A stretch of 64,000 bases of DNA. It comes from Nemertoderma westbladi. Lineage: Eukaryota > Animalia > Xenacoelomorpha. The notes below the pieces were generated by a model, which did not search any database, was not told the DNA's origin, and saw nothing but the letters and a program-made list of their open reading frames with translations. Made by a program: the position numbers and the translations under genes. Positions within the stretch are counted from its first letter, which is position 1. Each line of letters opens with the position of its first letter. Location of the stretch: the NCBI GenBank assembly GCA_032718475.1, contig JAUCBJ010007551.1:29010-93009 (forward strand). Reading direction: 5' to 3'. Positions 1-12,875 of the stretch are shown piece by piece.

Positions 1-3000
1 TACAGTAGCAGCGGACGGAATATCCAAAGAACAGGTTACAGTAGCAGCGGACGGAATATCCAAAGAACAGGTTACAGTAGCAGCGGACGGAATATCCAAA
101 GAACAGGTTACAGTAGCAGCGGACGGAATATCCAAAGAACAGGTTACAGTAGCAGCGGACGGAATATCCAAAGAACAGGTTACAGTAGCAGCGGACGGAA
201 TATCCAAAGAACAGGTTACAGTAGCAGCGGACGGAATATCCAAAGAACAGGTTACAGTAGCAGCGGACGGAATATCCAAAGAACAGGTTACAGTAGCAGC
301 GGACGGAATATCCAAAGAACAGGTTACAGTAGCAGCGGACGGAATATCCAAAGAACAGGTTACAGTAGCAGCGGACGGAATATCCAAAGAACAGGTTACA
401 GTAGCAGCGGACGGAATATCCAAAGAACAGGTTACAGTAGCAGCGGACGGAATATCCAAAGAACAGGTTACAGTAGCAGCGGACGGAATATCCAAAGAAC
501 AGGTTACAGTAGCAGCGGACGGAATATCCAAAGAACAGGTTACAGTAGCAGCGGACGGAATATCCAAAGAACAGGTTACAGTAGCAGCGGACGGAATATC
601 CAAAGAACAGGTTACAGTAGCAGCGGACGGAATATCCAAAGAACAGGTTACAGTAGCAGCGGACGGAATATCCAAAGAACAGGTTACAGTAGCAGCGGAC
701 GGAATATCCAAAGAACAGGTTACAGTAGCAGCGGACGGAATATCCAAAGAACAGGTTACAGTAGCAGCGGACGGAATATCCAAAGAACAGGTTACAGTAG
801 CAGCGGACGGAATATCCAAAGAACAGGTTACAGTAGCAGCGGACGGAATATCCAAAGAACAGGTTACAGTAGCAGCGGACGGAATATCCAAAGAACAGGT
901 TACAGTAGCAGCGGACGGAATATCCAAAGAACAGGTTACAGTAGCAGCGGACGGAATATCCAAAGAACAGGTTACAGTAGCAGCGGACGGAATATCCAAA
1001 GAACAGGTTACAGTAGCAGCGGACGGAATATCCAAAGAACAGGTTACAGTAGCAGCGGACGGAATATCCAAAGAACAGGTTACAGTAGCAGCGGACGGAA
1101 TATCCAAAGAACAGGTTACAGTAGCAGCGGACGGAATATCCAAAGAACAGGTTACAGTAGCAGCGGACGGAATATCCAAAGAACAGGTTACAGTAGCAGC
1201 GGACGGAATATCCAAAGAACAGGTTACAGTAGCAGCGGACGGAATATCCAAAGAACAGGTTACAGTAGCAGCGGACGGAATATCCAAAGAACAGGTTACA
1301 GTAGCAGCGGACGGAATATCCAAAGAACAGGTTACAGTAGCAGCGGACGGAATATCCAAAGAACAGGTTACAGTAGCAGCGGACGGAATATCCAAAGAAC
1401 AGGTTACAGTAGCAGCGGACGGAATATCCAAAGAACAGGTTACAGTAGCAGCGGACGGAATATCCAAAGAACAGGTTACAGTAGCAGCGGACGGAATATC
1501 CAAAGAACAGGTTACAGTAGCAGCGGACGGAATATCCAAAGAACAGGTTACAGTAGCAGCGGACGGAATATCCAAAGAACAGGTTACAGTAGCAGCGGAC
1601 GGAATATCCAAAGAACAGGTTACAGTAGCAGCGGACGGAATATCCAAAGAACAGGTTACAGTAGCAGCGGACGGAATATCCAAAGAACAGGTTACAGTAG
1701 CAGCGGACGGAATATCCAAAGAACAGGTTACAGTAGCAGCGGACGGAATATCCAAAGAACAGGTTACAGTAGCAGCGGACGGAATATCCAAAGAACAGGT
1801 TACAGTAGCAGCGGACGGAATATCCAAAGAACAGGTTACAGTAGCAGCGGACGGAATATCCAAAGAACAGGTTACAGTAGCAGCGGACGGAATATCCAAA
1901 GAACAGGTTACAGTAGCAGCGGACGGAATATCCAAAGAACAGGTTACAGTAGCAGCGGACGGAATATCCAAAGAACAGGTTACAGTAGCAGCGGACGGAA
2001 TATCCAAAGAACAGGTTACAGTAGCAGCGGACGGAATATCCAAAGAACAGGTTACAGTAGCAGCGGACGGAATATCCAAAGAACAGGTTACAGTAGCAGC
2101 GGACGGAATATCCAAAGAACAGGTTACAGTAGCAGCGGACGGAATATCCAAAGAACAGGTTACAGTAGCAGCGGACGGAATATCCAAAGAACAGGTTACA
2201 GTAGCAGCGGACGGAATATCCAAAGAACAGGTTACAGTAGCAGCGGACGGAATATCCAAAGAACAGGTTACAGTAGCAGCGGACGGAATATCCAAAGAAC
2301 AGGTTACAGTAGCAGCGGACGGAATATCCAAAGAACAGGTTACAGTAGCAGCGGACGGAATATCCAAAGAACAGGTTACAGTAGCAGCGGACGGAATATC
2401 CAAAGAACAGGTTACAGTAGCAGCGGACGGAATATCCAAAGAACAGGTTACAGTAGCAGCGGACGGAATATCCAAAGAACAGGTTACAGTAGCAGCGGAC
2501 GGAATATCCAAAGAACAGGTTACAGTAGCAGCGGACGGAATATCCAAAGAACAGGTTACATAGCAGCGGACGGAATATCCAAAGAACAGGTTACAGTAGC
2601 AGCGGACGGAATATCCAAAGAACAGGTTACATAGCAGCGGACGGAATATCCAAAGAACAGGTTACAGTAGCAGCGGACGGAATATCCAAAGAACAGGTTA
2701 CAGTAGCAGCGGACGGAATATCCAAAGAACAGGTTACAGTAGCAGCGGACGGAATATCCAAAGAACAGGTTACAGTAGCAGCGGACGGAATATCCAAAGA
2801 ACAGGTTACAGTAGCAGCGGACGGAATATCCAAAGAACAGGTTACAGTAGCAGCGGACGGAATATCCAAAGAACAGGTTACAGTAGCAGCGGACGGAATA
2901 TCCAAAGAACAGGTTACAGTAGCAGCGGACGGAATATCCAAAGAACAGGTTACAGTAGCAGCGGACGGAATATCCAAAGAACAGGTTACAGTAGCAGCGG

Positions 3001-3479
3001 ACGGAATATCCAAAGAACAGGTTACAGTAGCAGCGGACGGAATATCCAAAGAACAGGTTACAGTAGCAGCGGACGGAATATCCAAAGAACAGGTTACAGT
3101 AGCAGCGGACGGAATATCCAAAGAACAGGTTACAGTAGCAGCGGACGGAATATCCAAAGAACAGGTTACAGTAGCAGCGGACGGAATATCCAAAGAACAG
3201 GTTACAGTAGCAGCGGACGGAATATCCAAAGAACAGGTTACAGTAGCAGCGGACGGAATATCCAAAGAACAGGTTACAGTAGCAGCGGACGGAATATCCA
3301 AAGAACAGGTTACAGTAGCAGCGGACGGAATATCCAAAGAACAGGTTACAGTAGCAGCGGACGGAATATCCAAAGAACAGGTTACAGTAGCAGCGGACGG
3401 AATATCCAAAGAACAGGTTACAGTAGCAGCGGACGGAATATCCAAAGAACAGGTTACAGTAGCAGCGGACGGAATATCC
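1..3479. repeat. 36-bp minisatellite (TACAGTAGCAGCGGACGGAATATCCAAAGAACAGGT)n, about 96 copies, runs off the window start; probably intronic
   Basis: Near-perfect tandem copies; only two single-G deletions seen (about 2561 and 2632). Ends about 50 bp before a splice acceptor. Confidence 0.98.
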
Positions 3480-3528
3480 CTCCACACAACATGATTTAAA
3501 CATTAACTCATATATCTTTTTCTTCCAG

Positions 3529-4278
3529 GCCTCCATTCTGTCAACCTCCCTTCGTAAACACGAGAAACCCCAACGCCGTATCACCTTCGCCGACTCACAT
3601 GGTCTGCCTCTGGTGGAAAGCAAGACCTTCAGTCTATCCACCGAGATGCTGGAAGCCATGGCAACCGAAGTCACAGGGGATGCCTTCACAGAAGATCGGG
3701 GTACCCCGGGTCTGATAGATAAGGACTTTATCTTAAGATTCAAGCAGCCCGCATCCGAGTACCTTTCCCTCAAACAAAAACTAAGCGATCAAAATTGTTC
3801 ACTGGAAAACATCTACGTTAAAGACAAGAATCTAGTCGGTACAGTTAAGGTTGTTAATATATCATTCGATAAGTCCGTGGATATCCGTGTCACCTTCGAT
3901 GGGTGGTCCACTTACACAGACTATTCCGCTGTTTATTCTAATAGCGTGGGTTTAGACAATCTGGATACGTTTCGGTTTACGATTCCGATACTAATGGGAG
4001 TGGTGGGTGCGTCGCCTGGTCGTCGTGTTGAACTGTGCATCCGCTACAGGGCGGGCGGGGTGGGGGTCTTCTGGGACAATAACTACGGGGTTAACTACGT
4101 GCTGCAGATGCGACCCAGTTCCCGTAGACGACCCAGGGCCAGCGAACCCCTCCTCGATCGGGATCCAATAGACACGACGCCGCCGCTCAATGTAAATTTG
4201 CCGCGCAAACCCGCGGTTTGGTCACAGTATTCCTATTGGCGGGATTACATGGAGGATGACGATTCGCCTTACTGGTGA
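3529..4278 (+). CDS. PPP1R3: Protein phosphatase 1 glycogen-targeting regulatory subunit (PPP1R3B/C-like, CBM21 domain), terminal coding exon
   Basis: Branch-like CATTAAC, pyrimidine tract and AG (tctttttcttccag) end at 3528. The frame then reads ASILSTSLRKHEKPQRRITFADSHGLPLVESKTF (SILK-like and RVxF-type RITF-AD..GL motif), followed by CBM21 motifs (LEN, GTVKVVNISFDKSVDIRVTFDGW, DTFRF, FWDNNYGVNY). Stop at 4276-4278; AATAAA near 4650. The start codon is upstream, outside this exon. Confidence 0.9.
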   Translation, partial: ASILSTSLRKHEKPQRRITFADSHGLPLVESKTFSLSTEMLEAMATEVTGDAFTEDRGTPGLIDKDFILRFKQPASEYLSLKQKLSDQNCSLENIYVKDKNLVGTVKVVNISFDKSVDIRVTFDGWSTYTDYSAVYSNSVGLDNLDTFRFTIPILMGVVGASPGRRVELCIRYRAGGVGVFWDNNYGVNYVLQMRPSSRRRPRASEPLLDRDPIDTTPPLNVNLPRKPAVWSQYSYWRDYMEDDDSPYW

Positions 4279-4724
4279 TTGATTGGTTGGTTTTAAATTG
4301 ATAATTAGCCGTGATGGATTAAAACCAAATGGGTTTACTAATTAACAGTCTGAAATTCAACAGTAGTTAAACCCTGGGAGGGAGCCAGTCTCGGTGCCAG
4401 TCTGGGTGCCAGTCTCACAGAATTCCTCATCCACTTTATTCATATCAGTAATAACCTTTTTTTAGCCAATTTTGGTTTCACTATAATTTCGTAGAATGTA
4501 GCAAGCACCACACATACACCCATTATAATGCTGTATCCCCGAACCTCTGATCATATTACCTTCCATTTCTCACTCAAGTTTCCTTCCTTAGTCTTAATTC
4601 CCTCTTCCAAATTCCTTTCCTTCACAGCCGTTTTATACTGTAAACGTGTAATAAAACGTAACCGAGTCACAATAGGTTAGAAAAAGGTACACGAATGGAT
4701 GAAATATCGATTAATCCAAACTAA

Positions 4725-4875
4725 GGGGTCATCCATAAATGACGTCACGCTGGACGGGGGGGGGGGGGGGGGGTTATGGTCATGGTTTGGTATTTCGTGA
4801 CGATTTGTGACAATGGGGAGGGGGGGGGGGTCAAATATGTCTTTAAAAAAGTGACGTCATTTATGGAAGGCCCCC
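4725..4875. mobile_element. MITE, PIF/Harbinger (Tourist)-like, about 151 bp
   Basis: About 24-bp TIRs GGGGTCATCCATAAATGACGTCAC / GTGACGTCATTTATGGAAGGCCCC(C), flanked by TAA on both sides (4722-4724, 4876-4878); non-coding interior with two G runs. Confidence 0.8.
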
Positions 4876-5417
4876 TAAACTACCGGTATGTAAATGTTTA
4901 TATTTAATACAGTAAATTTGCCTCTTGCCTGTTCTATAATGGTATAATGTGTTCTATAACGTCCTATTCGGACAGTTTTCACTTTTCAGTTCAGTTTCAA
5001 CTGTCATCGACTTGACTTCGATATATTTTCTATAATGCCCGGTGCTTGACTTAGGATTTATATATTATATTTTACTATATTATAATAATTTATATTTACA
5101 GTAGTATGTATACACAAATTAATTTAGTTAATAATAGATTAATTTTATCGCGAATATTATGGTCCCTTAGATCGTGGGTGCTTTGAGATTGTTTGGATCT
5201 AAAAAAATATTGGCTTTTTTAGAATAATATATAGAATAATAAATCTTTTTACGTTTATTTAGTTTAATTAATTTTGCTGTTTCGGTACCGGTATTAGATA
5301 GACCACAGGTGTTGATAAATTTAAGCTACTTAAAGTTGGTTATTGAGTGACACTTCTACCATTTTACCTGTTTCTCATTTTGGTATACTTTAATATGCTT
5401 TTTTACAACAAGTTTCT

Positions 5418-5560
5418 GTTACTCACACATTTTGCTTTTGAATATCCTTCGTTTTTTAGTGAAATCATATCTTTAATTATTAGGCTATTTTTTTTACATA
5501 TTTCATTTACTCTCACACATTTTGCTTTTGAGTATCATTCTTTTTTTTAGTAAAATCGTA
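5418..5560. repeat. Degenerate local duplication of about 50 bp
   Basis: ctcacacattttgcttttga.tatc.ttc.ttttttagt.aaatc occurs at about 5422 and about 5512. Confidence 0.7.
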
Positions 5561-6197
5561 GCATTAATTTGTAGATTCTATTGTCGACTCGATAACTATA
5601 TTTTGGAAACCTTGTTTGGATTTCACTTAATTCTGGGCAATTTTGGGATTATATAATATTTTGATTTTCAATAACAAAAGTTGTCTTCATATCATCGTGT
5701 TGTGGTCACACATCACCACTCATTGCCGGCTGAGCCTTTTTAGCGATTGTGAACTATTAGGTTGTGGGTGGGGCGGGGTATTCTGAATCATTCGGTTTCT
5801 TCATATTTTTACATTTGGCCTTGACCCTCAGTTTTGCGCATTTAACCCTGTAGTTCCCAGTAGTTCTCATTCGCTAAAGGCTCTGCCCCAACAAGTCTCG
5901 ACCCACACATTGTTGTTATGTTCGTTATGGTAACTACATTTTTGTGATTTTTGTGACAGGCATTTGCGATTACATTAAGGCGTAAATGCATTTGTATCAT
6001 TCAAGCAAAAATAGCAAGGCTAATCTTTGTAGAAACAAGTGGGGGGGGGGGGGGGGGGGGTTGTAATTTGAAACAGAGATAGTTTCACCTCCCGACCACT
6101 GACTGGGTAAGCCAGAATTTTTATTTTGCAAAGAGTGTCTCCGTCGATATTACACCAGTTACACCGCAGTTTTTCTTATACCTTATAGCTGTTTGTT

Positions 6198-6270
6198 AGT
6201 ACCAATGGAAAGCTGGCCGTGCAAGCATTCCAAATATGTAACACATTCTGAATTTCGTTGAAAAGTAGCT
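6198..6270 (+). repeat. Dispersed repeat fragment, copy 1 (second copy at about 10584-10745)
   Basis: gtaccaat.gaaagctggcc.tgcaag.attc.aaat....tctgaatttcgttga.aa.tag is shared with the 10.6-kb locus. Confidence 0.7.
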
Positions 6271-6313
6271 AAGATATTTTATGAATGGGAGAATATTTTA
6301 GGCTCTTTGAGTC

Positions 6314-7724
6314 AAGGAATGCCTGTTCACCACCATGGGTGATCTTCCACAATAAACCCTTCCACTCTGTTTCCTAAAGGAATGCCTGTTTACCATGGGT
6401 GATCTTCCACAGTAAACCTTTTCACTCTGTTTCCTAAAGGAATGCCTGTTCACCATGGGTGATCTTCCACAGTAAACCCTTCCACTCTGTTTCCTAAAGG
6501 AATGCCTGTTCACCATGGGTGATCTTCCACAGTAAACCCTTCCACTCTGTTTCCTAAAGGAATGCCTGTTCACCATGGGTGATCTTCCACAGTAAACCCT
6601 TCCACGCTCTTTTTCCTAAAGGAATGCCTGTTTACCATGGGTGATCTTCCACAGTAAACCCTTCCACGCTCTTTTTCCTAAAGGAATGCCTGTTCACCAT
6701 GGGCGATCTTCCACAGTAAACCCTTCCACTCTGTTTCCTAAAGGAATGCCTGTTCACCACCAAGGGTGATCTTCCACAGTAAACCCTTCCACGCTCTTTT
6801 TCCTAAAGGAATGCCTGTTTACCATGGGTGATCTTCCACAGTAAACCCTTCCACGCTCTTTTTCCTAAAGGAATGCCTGTTTACCATGGGTGATCTTCCA
6901 CAGTAAACCCTTCCACTCTGTTTCCTAAAGGAATGCCTGTTCACCATGGGTGATCTTCCACAGTAAACCCTTCCACTCTTTTTCCTAAAGGAATGCCTGT
7001 TCACCATGGGTGATCTTCCACAGTAAACCCTTCCACTCTTTTTCCTAAAGGAATGCCTGTTTACCATGGGTGATCTTCCACAGTAAACCCTTCCACTCTG
7101 TTTCCTAAAGGAATGCCTGTTCACCATGGGTGATCTTCCACAGTATCTTCCACAGTAAACCCTTCCACTCTTTTTCCTAAAGGAATGCCTGTTCACCATG
7201 GGTGATCTTCCACAGTAAACCCTTCCACTCTTTTTCCTAAAGGAATGCCTGTTCACCATGGGTGATCTTCCACAGTAAACCCTTCCACTCTTTTTCCTAA
7301 AGGAATGCCTGTTTACCATGGGTGATCTTCCACAGTAAACCCTTCCACTCTGTTTCCTAAAGGAATGCCTGTTCACCATGGGTGATCTTCCACAGTAAAC
7401 CCTTCCACTCTGTTTCGTTTCCTAAAGGAATGCCTGTTCACCATGGGTGATCTTCCACAGTAAACCCTTCCACTCTTTTTCCTAAAGGAATGCCTGTTTA
7501 CCATGGGTGATCTTCCACAGTAAACCCTTCCACGCTCTTTTTCCTAAAGGAATGCCTGTTTACCATGGGTGATCTTCCACAGTAAACCCTTCCACTCTGT
7601 TTCCTAAAGGAATGCCTGTTCACCATGGGTGATCTTCCACAGTAAACCCTTCCACTCTGTTTCCTAAAGGAATGCCTGTTCACCATGGGTGATCTTCCAC
7701 AGTAAACCCTTCCACTCTGTTTCC
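6314..7724. repeat. 60-bp minisatellite (AAGGAATGCCTGTTCACCATGGGTGATCTTCCACAGTAAACCCTTCCACTCTGTTTCCTA)n, about 23 copies
   Basis: Tandem units with 60/62-bp variants and small internal duplications. Confidence 0.97.
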
Positions 7725-10583
7725 CAAGTTGCCTTGGTTCCTTTTACTTGAACTTTAACTTTGGTTACTTTTAGATGGACTTTGTCTTCTTTTGTGACAA
7801 CTTCTAGAATAATAATTATTGGTGTGTGTGTGTGTGTGTGTAGTGTAGCCTACAGGATTACTAACCTTCTTATTTTCCTAATAACTATTGTTTGGGATAT
7901 TTAGTTTGTTCAAAAGTTGTTGAAGGTTATATTGTACTAGTAAATTTATCTACTTTGTGCTGCGAATGTGCTGCAGAGTATAAAGTTAACCTTTAGTATA
8001 TAATTGTTATGTTTGTGTTTGACGGGTGTTTAGAATGAGAATGTAGATCGGTGTTAGTTGCACCAATCAAGCCCCGAAGAGCTAAATCCGCTGGAATACT
8101 TCGACCGAAATAAATGAGCGGCTTTTCGAAGCCCTAAATGCCATCAAACCCTGAGTTGGAAACGAATAAATAAAATTCAATTTAATAAATCCGAGTATTT
8201 CATTCAACGTGTCTTCATGCTGATAGTTTCCGTCCACACAAACAGCCTATTGCAGGGCCGTATTGAATGAAGCTCTTGTCTAATATACAGCATATTATGC
8301 TAATGCTAATGCTAATGGGTGTGGTTTGTAAGTTTATTAGTTTCTTTATTATGGAAACATTATTATGAAGAAGACAAGATTGAGAATATTCTTATCTAAA
8401 CCTAGAACAGCTCCCAGTATGATACGCCTACGTCTTACAGCAGTATCGGTGGATGATATTATGATTAATGGAATTGCTATTCGATATCTTACTAGTAACA
8501 CATCTATCCAACCACATTGGAGAGGTCACCTAACCACACAACTCACCCTTATCCAACCACATCTACCTTATTTTATTTTAACTCTTATAATTATTGCCTA
8601 ACAGTTCCCAGTGGTAATGTAAAGCCTCCGTAAATCTTCTACCCATCATATCCATATTTTTTTATATAATTATTCCGTTTCAGCGAGAGGTGATTAGGTG
8701 GCCGGTATCCAGGACACAAGCTTCTCTCTCGGAGTTATTATAAAGCATAAAGCCCACTTTAGTTCGTAATTGGAGCTGAACCCAATAGGAACTCCCAATA
8801 ATATGGCAGCGAGTTCCCGGGTTATATTATTAGAATCGATTCCAGGCAATAATTAAATTGATTTCTTCTCCGGCATTGGTAGAACTCAGTCCCACACAAC
8901 TGGCCATTGGAGCTACTAGGTTTTGCGATTTCAGCTTCTCGGTTCCAGGAAATCGACAACCAGACATGTGGCAGTGTTGCCTGTTACAACTTATTGATAA
9001 CTGCTGGAAACTTAGTAATAAAATTCCTCGTCTGACAGTTGACATGGAGGGGTTGACATGACGGAACTTCATTACCTGAAACTAAATGCCAGCGTGAATG
9101 AACGTGACGATATTGTGTTTCGGTTATGTGCGTTGGCTGGTTGGTTGGCCCGCAGTAATGAGTTTCCGTTTTTCTATGGACGCTGTGAATGAGAAAATAA
9201 CTTCATGGGGTCCCAATACAGCGAGTTATAAAGGTCAGAGAAAGCAATTCCGACTCAATTTAGTTAAGAGCATATCGCAGAGAACTGATGCATTTCTGAG
9301 TGGTAATTCCTCACCGTGACAGGGGATTGATGACTGATGATTTCGTAATTGACTATTATATCTTGGCTGTCGGTTTACTGTGTCCCTCAGAATGTATAAC
9401 AACAATTTTTGTAGAAGAGTATAATCTCGTGCTAATTGTGAAATCTGAGTTACCCTCTATCTCTCTTTCATTCTCTCGCTTAGAAAATGTCGCACTGCTG
9501 TCAATTAAGATATGGAAAATGCATAGAAATTGCAATAATTTTTGTTACCATCTTTTAAGATTTCCGCGTTTTTTTTTTCTCGTTAGGGGAGAAACATCAT
9601 CTCATTAAGCTCATCATTGTTCACGGGATCCCCCATGTAGCGGTCTGGTTAGGAGCTGCTACTCCTTTATTCATGAAACTCAATTACTCCCACGGCAACC
9701 ACCAACCAACAGTGCTGAAGGTACTTCTTGTTGTCCATCGTGTCTTTGTTATCTCACTGAAATCTTCTGATCAAATTGGTTTACGCCTAGATCTCTTAAC
9801 CTTGGTTTACGGGGATGGGAGTTTGGCTTGGATTACGGATTACTCTAGTTCCACGAATTCGTTTTATAAATAGCTGAAGTGGGGCATTCATTAGCGAATC
9901 TGAGCGGCATCACTGAATCGGATTTAGTTGTGAGTTTCCTTTCAATGCTGGGCTTTTCCAGATGGATTTAACATCAACATTGTTATTTATTTATTGCCGA
10001 CATGCGGTTGGTATGTTTTGACGAATCGGTTGTTTAATGTTTGCGGATTATTTAATATTGTGTTGAAGCAGATGGTGACAGCTGAAAGACAGGTGCAGGT
10101 TGAATGAAATAGAGACTTTCTGACGAAATTAGTGTTTTTTTTTTCAAATAATATTATTTGAAAATATAAAAAATGAATCGCATTTTAAAATATTGTTACT
10201 GATTTTTCCAATGAATCCTTATACATAGAGAGCGGTAAAGAAATCATAAAAGTTGTGAAAAATAAATATTAATCTTGAAAATAGCCCCCGTCTCTAATAG
10301 TCTGATTATTTCGATCTGATGACTACCTATTCGTGTGACATACTCAGGTAATCAATAACTAAATGCTATCTGATTTTACACCATGTCCTTGAATATACTG
10401 TCATAATTCAGTAGCTTGGACCACCCCCCCCCCCCCCCCCCAAAAAAAAAAAAATTTAAATATCTTATGAGATTGCATCCAATTTTTTCGCTTTCATTCT
10501 TTAGCCACAAGAGTTTGAATGAGGGGTCTTCGTCGATATTGTACTCTGTTATTCTGCAACCTTATTATAGTAATGATTGGTAT

Positions 10584-10745
10584 GGTACCAATAGAAAGCT
10601 GGCCATGCAAGCTGACCATGCAAGCTGGCCATGCAAGCTGGCCATGCAAGCTGGCCATGCAAGCTGACCATGCAAGCTGACCATGCAAGCTGACCATGCA
10701 AGGATTCAAAATTAACATAATCTGAATTTCGTTGAGAAATAGTTG
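10584..10745 (+). repeat. Dispersed repeat fragment, copy 2, containing a 13-bp tandem expansion (AAGCTG[G/A]CCATGC) x about 8
   Basis: Same flanks as 6198-6270, where the 13-mer is present once. Confidence 0.85.
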
Positions 10746-11193
10746 CATAAGGTGGAAGGTTTTGCATCTGCGCAAGGCTATTTTATTATATTTAAAAAGT
10801 ACACTCATTTCTGGAACATTATATTTATCTCATAAGTAGCTGGGCAACAATACAATACCTCTATAATTATACTAAATACGTAGATATTCATACATAAACA
10901 AGAATATGGTATATTTTTAAATATAATAAAAATGCCACGTGCAGGTACAAAACCATACAACATTCGAACGCTCATATCTCGGCTATTTATCAACGACATT
11001 CAAATTATGTTACATATTTGTAATCCTGGCGTTGCCAGCTTTCCATGGGTACCAACAGAACACTTAACACTACAAGGATGAAGAAAATCTGCGTTGTTAC
11101 TGGTGCAATATCGTCGGAGACACCTTTATAAATGCTTGTAGCTAAATAATGTAAGCGAAAATAAAAATTATGTCTCATTAAGGAAAAGGGAGT

Positions 11194-12033
11194 TGAAACT
11201 CCTTGAGGTGAAACTCCTTGAGGTGAAACTCCTCGAGGTGAAACTCCTTGATGTGGAACTCCTTGAGGTGAACCTCCTTGAGGTGAAACTCCTTGAGGTG
11301 AAACTCCTTGAGGTGAATCTCATTGTGATGAAACTCCTTGAGGTGAATCTCATTGAGGTGAAACTCCTTGAGGTGAATCTCATTGAGGTGAAACTCCTTG
11401 AGGTGAAACTCCTTGAGGTGAAACTCCTTGAGGTGAATCTCATTGTGATGAAACTCCTTGAGGTGAATCTCATTGAGGTGAAACTCCTTGAGGTGAATCT
11501 CATTGAGGTGAAACTCCTTGAGGTGAATCTCATTGAGGTGAATCTCATTGTGATGAAACTCCTTGAGGTGAATCTCATTGAGGTGAAACTCCTTGAGGTG
11601 AATCTCATTGAGGTGAAACTCATTGAGGTGAAACTCCTTGAGGTGAATCTCATTGAGGTGAAACTCCATGAGGTGAATCTCATTGAGGTGAAACTCCTTG
11701 AGGTAAATCTCATTGAGGTGAAACTGCTTGAGGTGAATCTCATTGAGGTGAAACTCCTTGAGGTGAAACTCCTTGAGGTGAATCTCATTGAGATGAAACT
11801 CCTTGAGGTGAAACTCCTTGGGGTGAAACTCCTTGGGGTGAAACTCCTTGGGGTGAAACTCCTTGGGGTGAAACTCCTTGGGGTGAAACTCCTTGGGGTG
11901 AAACTCCTTGGGGTGAAACTCATTGAGGTCAATCTTATTGAGGTGAATCTCATTTAGGTGAATCTCATTGAGGTGAATCTCATTGAAGTGAATCTCATTG
12001 AGATGAAACTCCTTGAGGTGAATCTCATTGAGA
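11194..12033. repeat. 15-bp minisatellite (GAGGTGAAACTCCTT / GAGGTGAATCTCATT)n
   Basis: About 56 units of two main interspersed variants. Confidence 0.97.
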
Positions 12034-12875
12034 TTGTATAATTTTTTTTTTTTGGGGGGGGGGGGTGGTTGTCCAAGTCACTGAATTACAACACTATATT
12101 CCAGGACATGGTATATTCAAACAACCTTTATTATTACAATGTGTAATTACAATAGTTCAGTTCTGTTTGTTAAATTCAAGTAAAGCAATTGAATGCTGCT
12201 CAGGGTTATATTTATGTAGTTTAGTAGAATTTTGTGAATATGACCCTTCGTTGTTAAATTTTTCGCGCAACGATTTTTCTGTGTATTTAGATTGTAAGTT
12301 TCTAACACCATCGGTCTCTGCAAGTAGTTTAATTTGTGAGCTGTAAGGTGCGGGTTCTAAGGTACGATTTACATTGAGAAGTTAAATGTCACATTTCTTT
12401 ATCCTGGATCTTCGATTAACTTTTCAACTTGAAGTTCTGGTTCTAAAAAATTTTTTTTTTAGAGAAAATGCGTTAAAAAATAGATGTGTATAAACGTATG
12501 ATACGAAGACATCAATGTAGATCAGCCTTTTCAGTCTCATTAAATGACTTTGTTAGTTGATACATGATTTCCGGTGCTGTTTGTATTACTTTTTTAATGT
12601 AATTAATTACTTTGATAGTGAAATACTTTATAACCTTCTACATGCTCCATCCCAGAGTAGCTAGCAACGTAGCCTATTGTGGTACCGGTACTGTTGTACT
12701 ATATGTGGTATCGGTTCTGGTATGTGATATATTTTTCACTCAAATCTGTATATATTATTTGTATAATTTATTATGCAATGAAACTGTAATATTTGATATC
12801 CATATAACCGTTACGCCTACCTATTAATATATGTGACAATAAATCTGGTATCATTTTTATAAATTTTACAGTAGG

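Noticed and set aside
2556-3773. Minus-strand ORFs of 405 and 286 aa
   Set aside because: Translations of the 36-bp repeat, partly antisense to the real PPP1R3 exon.
3613-4278. GTG start at 3613 for the CBM21 protein
   Set aside because: The conserved RVxF-type motif lies upstream in frame; the exon starts at the acceptor at 3529.
11168-11957. EVKLL / SFTSR pentapeptide-repeat proteins
   Set aside because: Open in several frames only because the unit is 15 bp; no unique domain or splice support.
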